From: a virus
Length of the DNA stretch: 17,903 nt
Strand: one strand, 5' to 3'
UHGV virus genome: UHGV-1371914
A program made the position numbers and the translations under genes. Positions 1 to 6,970 of this stretch are shown here, one piece after another (within the stretch, counting starts at the first letter, position 1; each line of letters begins with the position of its first letter). The notes beneath the pieces were generated by a model, which worked only from the letters and a program-made list of their open reading frames with translations, was not told where the DNA came from and did no database searches.

Positions 1-123
1 GTGTCTGTGCCCCCCTATCATGTGACAAAGATCACCCCCATTTTGGTCTATTTGTGTGGTACATCACATGAATTCGCTTGACAATGTTCACCTAATGTGG
101 TAGGTCGGCGGTAGGGCACATTA

Positions 124-161
124 ATAAGCGGTCCTATTGTCAGTACAATAGGGCCGCTTAT
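124..161. repeat. Imperfect 16-bp-arm palindrome inside the ITR (ataagcggtcctattg / tcagta / caatagggccgcttat)
   Basis: Arms 124-139 and 146-161 are reverse complements except for one t/c position, which would be a G-U wobble as RNA. The loop is 6 nt. It lies upstream of the candidate ITR promoter. Confidence 0.6.
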
Positions 162-204
162 GTTAGGACATATGTTGCTGTGTTTTAGTTCACACGTTTT
201 CGGG

Positions 205-236
205 TTGACTGTCGGAGAACTGCGGTGCATTATTAA
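205..236 (+). promoter_or_regulatory. Candidate early promoter inside the left ITR (-35 TTGACT 205-210, 17-nt spacer, -10 CATTAT 228-233 / TATTAAT 231-237)
   Basis: Sigma-70-like hexamers with 17-nt spacing, about 45 nt upstream of the GGAAGGA RBS at 271-277. A perfect TTGACA also sits at 78-83 but without a good -10. Confidence 0.3.
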
Positions 237-283
237 TACACGAACGGGGCGGGGTTAGCCCGCTGGGAATGGAAGGAACTGAG

Positions 284-586
284 ATGACATCACAAAGGGC
301 TAAGGAGACACTGAATAGGTTTCACTATGCATCTCTTTCTCAACAATCGTCATATATTAATCCGAGAATTGTATACAAACTCAAGATTCTTAATGCTACA
401 ATTACACCTAAGTTGCACACATTTCGGGCTTCAGTTCCCGGATATTATGTGGAATGGTTTTACAACTCGGCCACTGCCACATACATGTATATTTCAGGAG
501 CAATTAATGGGGTGGTATTCATGGATCAAGGCGACCTTGATTCATTGTGTGACGAATTAGAACGAATGTTTAGCTACAATATTTAG
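284..586 (+). CDS. Hypothetical early protein (100 aa; alternative start ATG 269 gives 105 aa)
   Basis: ORF track 269..586. ATG 284 has a GGAAGGA RBS at 271-277 with 6-nt spacing. The region is AT-rich. No motif recognised. Confidence 0.45.
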   Translation: MTSQRAKETLNRFHYASLSQQSSYINPRIVYKLKILNATITPKLHTFRASVPGYYVEWFYNSATATYMYISGAINGVVFMDQGDLDSLCDELERMFSYNI

Positions 587-594
587 GACATATC

Positions 595-852
595 ATGTGG
601 GAAAACATTAATGGCGAACTGATTTGGATTGACAAGGAAATGGGGTATGAGGAGTATGAACGACACAATGTTGTTGGTAATAACAAAAATTGCACTTGTG
701 GCAACATCCGGCGTCATGGTGATAGGCTTACTTCGGGCGGGGTTGCTGTCGGTGTGGCTGGCGGCATGATTGCTGCGAAGGCGGCGAGTAGGATCGGGAG
801 TTGGATGTTGTGGATTGCATGCCTCATTTTTATTGCGATGGTCATGTTGTAA
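595..852 (+). CDS. Small early membrane-anchored protein (85 aa). C-terminal hydrophobic helix WMLWIACLIFIAMVML preceded by glycine-zipper GGVAVGVAGGMIAA
   Basis: ORF track. AGGA RBS 6 nt upstream of ATG 595. Hydrophobic C-terminus seen directly in the translation. Confidence 0.45.
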   Translation: MWENINGELIWIDKEMGYEEYERHNVVGNNKNCTCGNIRRHGDRLTSGGVAVGVAGGMIAAKAASRIGSWMLWIACLIFIAMVML

Positions 853-1163
853 GTTTTCCGCAAACTTTTAGGGTTAGGAAATACAATAACGCCCTAGGTT
901 ATAGAACACACAATGTGCTTCGATACGAAACAACTGATACACACACATTTGTTTATCGGATGATGCGAAGTATTGAAGAGGTTGTTATTAGAGTAACAGA
1001 CTCAGATATTGTTGCACAAAACGATCGACTAGGGGCCTTTAAGTACAAGCATTTCCCTTCACACATTCCGATCCATAAAGTTGTGTGCGAGATGCTCACT
1101 AAACCGAATTCATTGGTTGTCCTAGACGACAATCCTGAATCGGTTGAGCAACCACTATTTTAG
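801..1163 (+). CDS. Hypothetical early protein (120 aa as called; start uncertain, overlaps previous ORF by 52 nt)
   Basis: ORF track. GGGAG 793-797 is close to ATG 801. No internal ATG with an SD was found. No motif recognised. Confidence 0.3.
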   Translation: MDVVDCMPHFYCDGHVVSFPQTFRVRKYNNALGYRTHNVLRYETTDTHTFVYRMMRSIEEVVIRVTDSDIVAQNDRLGAFKYKHFPSHIPIHKVVCEMLTKPNSLVVLDDNPESVEQPLF

Positions 1164-1229
1164 ATTCCCGGCTGGACGGGTAATACCAGAACTGAAATGA
1201 AATCTAGCCATACACGAAAGGAAACTATC

Positions 1230-1595
1230 ATGGCTGTTGTTTATTCTTCTCTTTCTGACGATTTCGCTGGCAAGAAGGCTTTTTTCACTGCTCAGAATTC
1301 TGCTGTTTCTTTCAAGGAACTGCGTGGCAAGACGATTGAGATCAAGGACATCGTCATTACTGAGGATGATGTGGTCGACACGGACACTGGTGAGGTTGAG
1401 ACGCGGCGTGCGATCACGGTGATTGACAAGGACGGAAAGGCTTATGGCACTTCGTCTCAGACGGTGGGTGCTCAGATTCAGCGGCTTGTGGATATTCTGG
1501 GTGACGTTAAGTCGTGGTCCGAGCCCGTGGTTGTTGAGATCGGTACTGCCAAGTCCGGGCGTGGTCGCGAGTACACGACGGTGACTCTGGCCTGA
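1230..1595 (+). CDS. Single-stranded DNA-binding protein, phi29 p5-like (121 aa from ATG 1230; track ORF begins 1197)
   Basis: AAGGAAA RBS before ATG 1230. From my memory of phi29 p5, blocks FFTAQNSAVSFKEL, AITVIDKDGKAYGTSSQTV and VVVEIGTAKSGRGREYTTVTL resemble p5 blocks IFNAQTGGGQSFKNL, TTIFAADGSLYSAISKTV and VKVVQGTSSKGNVFFSLQL. It lies immediately upstream of the TP and pol genes, as gene 5 does in phi29. Confidence 0.55.
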   Translation: MAVVYSSLSDDFAGKKAFFTAQNSAVSFKELRGKTIEIKDIVITEDDVVDTDTGEVETRRAITVIDKDGKAYGTSSQTVGAQIQRLVDILGDVKSWSEPVVVEIGTAKSGRGREYTTVTLA

Positions 1596-1618
1596 GTGTC
1601 CTTGTAGGATAGTGATTG

Positions 1619-1654
1619 CCCCCTGCCCCTTAGGGGGCAGGGGGTGTCTGTTTT
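1619..1654 (+). terminator. Rho-independent terminator / attenuator after SSB gene (stem ccccctgcccc / ggggcaggggg, loop ttag, then tgtctgtttt)
   Basis: Perfect 11-bp GC-rich stem 1619-1629 / 1634-1644 followed by a U-rich tract 1645-1654. Confidence 0.65.
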
Positions 1655-2720
1655 GGTTAAGTCTCATTGGGGTAAGCATTATCGTTCGTTTAAGCGTGGC
1701 GCTAAACATGCTCGGAATACGGCGAGTGAGATTAGGTCTTTTGTTGGTGGCCTTGATTTTAATCCGCTCCCTGATACTTTATCTGAGGAACAGGGTAAGG
1801 TTAAGGTTAAGTCGGCGAAGACTAGCGCCCGTGAGAAGCATCGTTCGGACCTGGATACTGCGCGTGAGATGCTTCAGGTTGAGCGCGATAGGGCGATTCG
1901 GAAGATGCGTCGGATGGCGACTAGTGACGATGGTGCTGACATTCGTGGTACTAAGTTTGATCCTTTGGGGAAATCGGCTGTTGGAAGGGTGACTTTGAAG
2001 AATGCTGCGCGGGAACTTGAGCGCCTTAGTGAGTTTAATAATTCTAATAGTGTTTGGTACTATAGTGACCGTAAAGGTAATCCCATTTCTGCTAAAGACG
2101 TTCGTCGTTATCGTGATGCTGTGCGACGCTATAATGAGGACATAGAAGCATACGAACGCTCTGTGGCGGGGACTAAGTTGCCTTATATGGGTGACGTTAC
2201 CGTGGGTGATTGGATTAGAGATTTTCGCCCCTCACGATCTTATTTGCCTGGCGGTTCACATTATGCACTTGAGAGAATGAATCCCGATAAGCGAACTGTG
2301 AATTTCGAGTCTGCTGAAGCAATGCGAGAAAAGACTAATAAGGTTCTTGATAGCCTAAGTAAAGCGGCGAAGCAAGAGAAACTTACGGCTGCAAAGCAAC
2401 AGATCGCGGACATGCTTGACGTCATTGGTGACCCAGAACTTTTCGATATTCTTACAGACATTCCTGACGATGTTTTGTGGCTTATGTGGACCGTTAACGG
2501 TGATTTCGCTAATCAGTTGTCTTTGATGTATGAGGCAGCAAAGGAAGGATATTATGATCGCAAGCGGGCAGGTCAGGATATTTGGTATGATGATGTAGAA
2601 GAAGCAAATTCTAGTATTAAGTCTTTGCTTAAAGACTTAAAGGAAGTTAAGATTAAACCGGAGGATGATTTTAGTGGTTCGCCAATCAATAAGCGAAAGG
2701 CCCGGAAGGGCCGTCGCTAG
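1644..2720 (+). CDS. Putative terminal protein (TP) for protein-primed replication (358 aa from GTG 1644; TTG 1653 is a plausible alternative start)
   Basis: Gene immediately upstream of, and overlapping, the protein-primed DNA polymerase gene (the TP-pol arrangement of phi29/Cp-1). Very basic N-terminal region. Third-codon-position bias matches neighbouring genes from 1644 onward. No sequence-level similarity to a known TP could be confirmed by eye. Confidence 0.5.
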   Translation: MSVLVKSHWGKHYRSFKRGAKHARNTASEIRSFVGGLDFNPLPDTLSEEQGKVKVKSAKTSAREKHRSDLDTAREMLQVERDRAIRKMRRMATSDDGADIRGTKFDPLGKSAVGRVTLKNAARELERLSEFNNSNSVWYYSDRKGNPISAKDVRRYRDAVRRYNEDIEAYERSVAGTKLPYMGDVTVGDWIRDFRPSRSYLPGGSHYALERMNPDKRTVNFESAEAMREKTNKVLDSLSKAAKQEKLTAAKQQIADMLDVIGDPELFDILTDIPDDVLWLMWTVNGDFANQLSLMYEAAKEGYYDRKRAGQDIWYDDVEEANSSIKSLLKDLKEVKIKPEDDFSGSPINKRKARKGRR

Positions 2721-4374
2721 GCGTAGCCATAAAAAGGTTCCTTCGTTTTGTGCGGACTTTGAGACGACTACGGTTGAGGATGATTGTCGCGTGTGGTCTT
2801 GGGGTATTATTCAGGTAGGTAAACTGCAGAATTATGTTGACGGCATTTCGATTGATGGCTTTATGTCTCACATTGCCGAAAGAGCCGCACACATTTATTT
2901 CCACAACCTAGCATTTGATGGCACGTTTATTTTGGATTGGCTGCTTAAACACGGATATTGCTGGGTTAAGGAAAATCCTGGGGTAAAAGAATTTACCTCA
3001 CTCATTTCTCGCATGGGAAAGTATTATTCAATTACAGTAGTGTTTGAGACAGGATATCGGGTAGAATTTCGAGACTCATTTAAGAAGCTACCTATGTCCG
3101 TTTCAGCAATCGCCAAGACATTCAATTTACATGACCAGAAACTAGAGATTGATTATGAGAAACCACGCCCAATAGGATATATCCCTACAGAGCAAGAGAA
3201 ACGATATCAGCGGAACGACGTTGCAATTGTTGCTCAAGCGCTCGAAGTTCAGTTTGAAGAGAAGATGACTAAGTTGACGGCGGGTAGTGATTCGCTGGCA
3301 ACATATAAGAAGATGTCTGGAAAACTGTTTATTAGACGGTTTCCGATTCTTTCACCGGAAATAGATACTGAAATTCGGAAAGCATATCGCGGCGGTTTTA
3401 CATATGCTGACCCGCGCTATTCAAAGAAACTGAACGGACAAGGCAGTGTGTATGACGTCAACTCACTTTATCCATCGGTAATGCGAACAGCACTACTCCC
3501 CTATGGTGACCCGATCTATTCTGAAGGGGCACCGAAGACTGATCGACCGCTTTATATTGCTTCTATAACGTTTACAGCGAAACTAAAACCTAATCATATT
3601 CCATGTATCCAAATTAAGAAAAATCTTTCTTTTAATCCCACACAGTATCTTGAAGAAGTAAATGAACCAACTACTGTTGTGGCAACAAATATTGATATTG
3701 AATTATGGAAAAAGCATTATGACTTTAAGATTTATTCATGGAATGGAACGTTTGAGTTTCGGGGATCACATGGTTTTTTCGACACTTATGTCGACCATTT
3801 TATGGAGATTAAGAAAAATAGTACCGGTGGACTAAGGCAAATTGCTAAGTTGCATTTGAACAGCCTTTATGGAAAATTCGCCACTAACCCGGACATCACA
3901 GGAAAACATCCCACACTTAAAGACAATCGCGTTTCACTAGTAATGAATGAACCTGAAATGCGTGATCCTGTTTACACGCCAATGGGCGTGTTTATCACAG
4001 CCTATGCTCGTAAGAAAACTATTAGTGCGGCACAAGATAATTATGAGACATTTGCATATGCTGATACAGACTCACTGCATCTGATTGGGCCTACCACTCC
4101 CCCAGAATCGTTGTGGGTCGATCCGGTAGAACTGGGTGCCTGGAAGCATGAGAGTTCCTTCACAAATTCTGTCTACATTAGGGCGAAGCAATATGCGGAG
4201 GAAATTGATGGTAAACTAGATGTACACATTGCAGGGATGCCGCGCAACGTGGCCGCCACATTGACATTGGGTGACATGTTGACGGGTGGCACTTGGAATG
4301 GTAAACTGATTCCTGTAAGGGTTCCTGGAGGAATAGTCCTCAAGGACACAACATTCACACTCAAGATTGATTAA
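2665..4374 (+). CDS. Protein-primed family-B DNA polymerase, phi29-type (569 aa; alternative start GTG 2674)
   Basis: Exo I FCADFETTT, Exo II YFHNLAFDG, Exo III YQRNDVAIV, motif A YDVNSLYPS, motif B KLHLNSLYGKF, motif C FAYADTDSLHL. Long blocks are near-identical to phi29 pol (RDPVYTPMGVFITAYAR, VRVPGGIVLKDTTFTLK). GGAGG 2660-2664 lies upstream. Confidence 0.95.
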   Translation: MILVVRQSISERPGRAVARRSHKKVPSFCADFETTTVEDDCRVWSWGIIQVGKLQNYVDGISIDGFMSHIAERAAHIYFHNLAFDGTFILDWLLKHGYCWVKENPGVKEFTSLISRMGKYYSITVVFETGYRVEFRDSFKKLPMSVSAIAKTFNLHDQKLEIDYEKPRPIGYIPTEQEKRYQRNDVAIVAQALEVQFEEKMTKLTAGSDSLATYKKMSGKLFIRRFPILSPEIDTEIRKAYRGGFTYADPRYSKKLNGQGSVYDVNSLYPSVMRTALLPYGDPIYSEGAPKTDRPLYIASITFTAKLKPNHIPCIQIKKNLSFNPTQYLEEVNEPTTVVATNIDIELWKKHYDFKIYSWNGTFEFRGSHGFFDTYVDHFMEIKKNSTGGLRQIAKLHLNSLYGKFATNPDITGKHPTLKDNRVSLVMNEPEMRDPVYTPMGVFITAYARKKTISAAQDNYETFAYADTDSLHLIGPTTPPESLWVDPVELGAWKHESSFTNSVYIRAKQYAEEIDGKLDVHIAGMPRNVAATLTLGDMLTGGTWNGKLIPVRVPGGIVLKDTTFTLKID

Positions 4375-4385
4375 GGTTGGTAATC

Positions 4386-4553
4386 ATGGCACGTCCCGTT
4401 TCTACTCATGCGACCACTAAGTTCCGTCTCAGCAAGGCTGTTCTCGCGGACCTTGAGGAGATGCACTGGACTCTCCGCAAGGATGTTTCGCAGATTGTTG
4501 AGGAAGCCCTTGTCGACTATATCGCTAAGAATGCTCCCAAGTCTGGTAAGTAA
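4386..4553 (+). CDS. Small ribbon-helix-helix (Arc/CopG-like) DNA-binding protein, putative transcriptional regulator (55 aa; below the ORF-track size cutoff)
   Basis: ATG 4386 to TAA 4551-4553. Translation MARPVSTHATTKFRLSKAVLADLEEMHWTLRKDVSQIVEEALVDYIAKNAPKSGK fits the RHH pattern: a beta-strand with alternating residues (KFRLS) followed by two helices. Compare Arc FNLRWPREVLDLVRKVAEENGRSVNSEIYQRVMESF. Confidence 0.45.
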   Translation: MARPVSTHATTKFRLSKAVLADLEEMHWTLRKDVSQIVEEALVDYIAKNAPKSGK

Positions 4554-4651
4554 TTCTTGACCGAATGCGAGGAAGCATCCTAATGAACTGGGCCTTGCTC
4601 GGTTGGGCAGCAACCCTCAGGATTGCTTTCAGATAATTGGGTATTGTGGTA

Positions 4652-4684
4652 GGCTAGGGGCGTAGGCCCCTAGCCACCATTTTA
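4652..4684 (+). terminator. Hairpin at the early/late junction (stem ggctaggggc / gcccctagcc, loop gtag, then accatttt); terminator-like
   Basis: Perfect 10-bp stem 4652-4661 / 4666-4675 followed by a T-run 4680-4683. Located 15 nt upstream of the scaffold-gene RBS. Confidence 0.5.
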
Positions 4685-4698
4685 TGATTGGAGGAAAT

Positions 4699-5541
4699 AT
4701 GGCACTTTCTGACGCTGAGAAGAATGCGCTTAAAGGGCTGAACCCAGATGGTTCCCTGATGAATGAGTCGCAGCGCAAGGCCAATAAGGCTAAGGTCGAC
4801 GCGAAGAATGCCGAGTCCGCTAAGAAGGACAAGGCCGAGCATGGCGGGCGCTCTCTGACCGAGCGGCGCACCGAGGGTGACCCGCAACAGTCTATGGATG
4901 ACGCTCAGACACGAAATAAGGCGGCCCAGAACCTCACGCCGCAGCAGCGCGAGGAATCCGGGATGACCGGTAATGATGTTTTCGATCCGGGCGATTCCGA
5001 CGGAGACAAAAAGGCTGTTTCCCCCGATGACGGGAACATGCTGGAAGGCGCCCCTAAGGACCCTGCGGACGTAGATCATTTCAAGGATACTAAGGCGGCT
5101 TGGAAGCATCTCACGGACGTGTTTGGTGAAAAGGTTTCTGCCTTACAGGCGGAACTTGAGAATCGGCTTGGCGACCAACTTACTCCGACGGACAGGGAGA
5201 CGGGGAATCCGTTTGCTGGGGGCGACGTTCCGGCGTCGAAGGAGATGACGCTGGATGATGTTAAGGAAGCCGCTCAGAGCACGAAGGATGATGCTAAGGC
5301 GGTGCTCAAGGGCGTTGGCGATGTTGGCGGCGCCGCTGTCGAACTAGGTGGCACCGCAGCGAAGGATGCGGGTAATGCTATAGTGGATGGTATGGGGATC
5401 GACCGTAAGGCGGCCGCTAGCACCGGGAAGACGTTGGCAGGTCTTTCGGGACTATTCTCTAGTAGTGACTCAGGGAATGATAAGGTTCCTGATTCTAATT
5501 GGAAACCTAAGTCAATTAACGAACTTTTTAAGGGGAACTGA
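4699..5541 (+). CDS. Putative head scaffolding protein (280 aa from ATG 4699; track ORF from 4684)
   Basis: GGAGGA RBS 4690-4695. Acidic, low-complexity, predicted-helical Ala/Asp/Lys/Glu-rich protein encoded directly upstream of the major capsid gene. Confidence 0.45.
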   Translation: MALSDAEKNALKGLNPDGSLMNESQRKANKAKVDAKNAESAKKDKAEHGGRSLTERRTEGDPQQSMDDAQTRNKAAQNLTPQQREESGMTGNDVFDPGDSDGDKKAVSPDDGNMLEGAPKDPADVDHFKDTKAAWKHLTDVFGEKVSALQAELENRLGDQLTPTDRETGNPFAGGDVPASKEMTLDDVKEAAQSTKDDAKAVLKGVGDVGGAAVELGGTAAKDAGNAIVDGMGIDRKAAASTGKTLAGLSGLFSSSDSGNDKVPDSNWKPKSINELFKGN

Positions 5542-5543
5542 TT

Positions 5544-6911
5544 ATGCCACAGTTGCAAGACGATACTTCAAACATTGATATTCTTAACGCCATTCGTTCT
5601 GATGCGCGCTACGATTATCAGAACATGGTTCCCGAGGCCACTAAGGCCAATATTCAGGAAACCATTTCGGGCATCATGTCTGACAACATTACTCGAAACG
5701 AATTCATGTCTGCCCTGATTAACCGAATCGGTTCTATCATTGTTCGGGATATTTCCTGGAAGAATCCGCTTGCGGTATTCAAGCAGGGCATGATGTCTTT
5801 CGGTGACACTATCGAGGAAGTGCACCTCGACTTTATTAAGCCCACCATTTATGAGGAGCATCGCGACTATCTTGAGCGTGACGTGTTTGGGCAGGCCCCT
5901 CCCCCGGCTAAGAGTGCTTTCCATACTCTTAACCGTAAGGAGAAGTTTAAGATCACGGTTAACCGTGATGTTATTCGTAGGGCATTCCTTTCGGACAACG
6001 GTCTTTCTGAGATGGTTTCTCAGATTATGTCTGTTGCTGCTTCTTCCGATGAGTGGTCTGAGTTCCTTTACATGACTCGGCTGCTTAAGACTTTCGATGA
6101 TTCGTTCGGATTTTTCCGTATGCAGATCGCGGATCTTAATCAGTTTGAGGTCAATAAGGATAAGGTCGACACAGCGCTTAAGGCTCTGAGGGTTGCCGCG
6201 AACAAAATGATGTATCCGACACCTGCATTTAATTCCGCGGGCGTGCATTCGTTTGCTCGGCCTGAGGACCTGGTGCTTATTGCCACGCCCGAGTTTAAAG
6301 CGAATGTTGACGTGACTTCCCTGGCCGCTGCGTTTAATCGCAGTGACGCCGAGGCCCCGTCGCACATTATCACCGTTCCGGGCGAGGTTATGGGGATGGA
6401 TGACACGTCCGCTATTCTCACTAGCAAGCAATTCTTCGTTATCAAGGACTTGCTGCTTGAGAATCGGAATATTTCCAACCCTGAGGGCCTTTATGATAAC
6501 TACTGGCTGCATCACTGGTCTATTCTGAGCGCCTCACCGTTCACCCCTGCGATTGCGTTCGGCACTAAGCCGAACACGATTGTTGTGACGCCTAAGGATG
6601 AGACGAACGCTGAGATTAATGATATTACGGTGAGTAAGCGAGACGGGTCTAAGTCGTCAATCATGCCTCCCGGCGCCATTCGTCAGGCTGATATTGTGTG
6701 GAAGACTAAGCCTGCCAATAATGGTTATGCTACGGATTGGTATCTTAAGAATTCTAAGTCTAAGGCAACTAAGGTTAGCAACGATGGTGTTATCACTATC
6801 GGCGCTGATGAGCCCGAGGGATATCTTACTCTTGGTGTGAATGTCGACACTAAGGGACCGAACGGCAATAAGCCGGTGAATAAGGAGATCACTATTCAGA
6901 TTAAGAAGTGA
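5544..6911 (+). CDS. Major capsid protein (455 aa) with C-terminal Ig-like (Big_2-type) domain
   Basis: AAGGGGA RBS. Size close to phi29 gp8 (448 aa). Position between the scaffold and the tail/portal genes. C-terminal ~100 aa (about nt 6600-6908) has the beta-rich Ig-like pattern VVTPKD...ITVSKRDGS...VWKTKP...ITIGADEPEGYLTLGVNV. Confidence 0.6.
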   Translation: MPQLQDDTSNIDILNAIRSDARYDYQNMVPEATKANIQETISGIMSDNITRNEFMSALINRIGSIIVRDISWKNPLAVFKQGMMSFGDTIEEVHLDFIKPTIYEEHRDYLERDVFGQAPPPAKSAFHTLNRKEKFKITVNRDVIRRAFLSDNGLSEMVSQIMSVAASSDEWSEFLYMTRLLKTFDDSFGFFRMQIADLNQFEVNKDKVDTALKALRVAANKMMYPTPAFNSAGVHSFARPEDLVLIATPEFKANVDVTSLAAAFNRSDAEAPSHIITVPGEVMGMDDTSAILTSKQFFVIKDLLLENRNISNPEGLYDNYWLHHWSILSASPFTPAIAFGTKPNTIVVTPKDETNAEINDITVSKRDGSKSSIMPPGAIRQADIVWKTKPANNGYATDWYLKNSKSKATKVSNDGVITIGADEPEGYLTLGVNVDTKGPNGNKPVNKEITIQIKK

Positions 6912-6923
6912 TTTAATCAGTGT

Positions 6924-6955
6924 AGAACCGGGCGCCTCATTAGGTGCCCGGTTCT
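6924..6955 (+). terminator. Intergenic hairpin after capsid gene (13-bp stem with one G-U, loop tcatta); weak U-tract, probably a partial terminator or RNA stabiliser
   Basis: Arms 6924-6936 / 6943-6955 seen directly. Downstream is tgctatactt, not a strong U-run. Confidence 0.35.
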
Positions 6956-6970
6956 GCTATACTTGAGACC

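Larger units (their letters stand above)
1..286. repeat. Left inverted terminal repeat (ITR), 286 bp; presumed protein-primed replication origin at the terminus
   Basis: Bases 1-286 are the reverse complement of 17618-17903 with one mismatch (g283 vs a). I checked this by eye at several internal blocks (1-60, 181-286). Identity stops exactly after the ATG at 284-286. Linear genome ends with ITRs are expected for phi29/Cp-1-type protein-primed replicons. Confidence 0.9.

Noticed and set aside
48-230. 60-aa ORF inside the left ITR (and its identical mirror at 17674..17856)
   Set aside because: The two copies are identical only because they lie within the ITR. Both read outward toward the genome end, and neither has an SD. 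The sequence is better explained as origin, promoter and palindrome DNA. It is kept only as a possible location of an outward non-coding transcript.
1155-1709. 184-aa ORF on the - strand spanning the SSB gene and terminator
   Set aside because: It is antisense to the p5-like SSB gene and crosses the terminator hairpin. It has no RBS.
1612-1992. 126-aa + strand ORF (also 1237..1422) in alternative frames
   Set aside because: They overlap the SSB and TP reading frames, have Leu/Arg-rich composition typical of off-frame translation, and no RBS.
4371-5109. Several - strand ORFs (4371..4613, 4629..4871, 4654..5109)
   Set aside because: They are antisense to the RHH and scaffold genes and span the junction hairpin.
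5568-6515. 315-aa ORF on the - strand
   Set aside because: It is entirely antisense to the major capsid gene, which has strong RBS and coding signals, and is a typical spurious long antisense frame.
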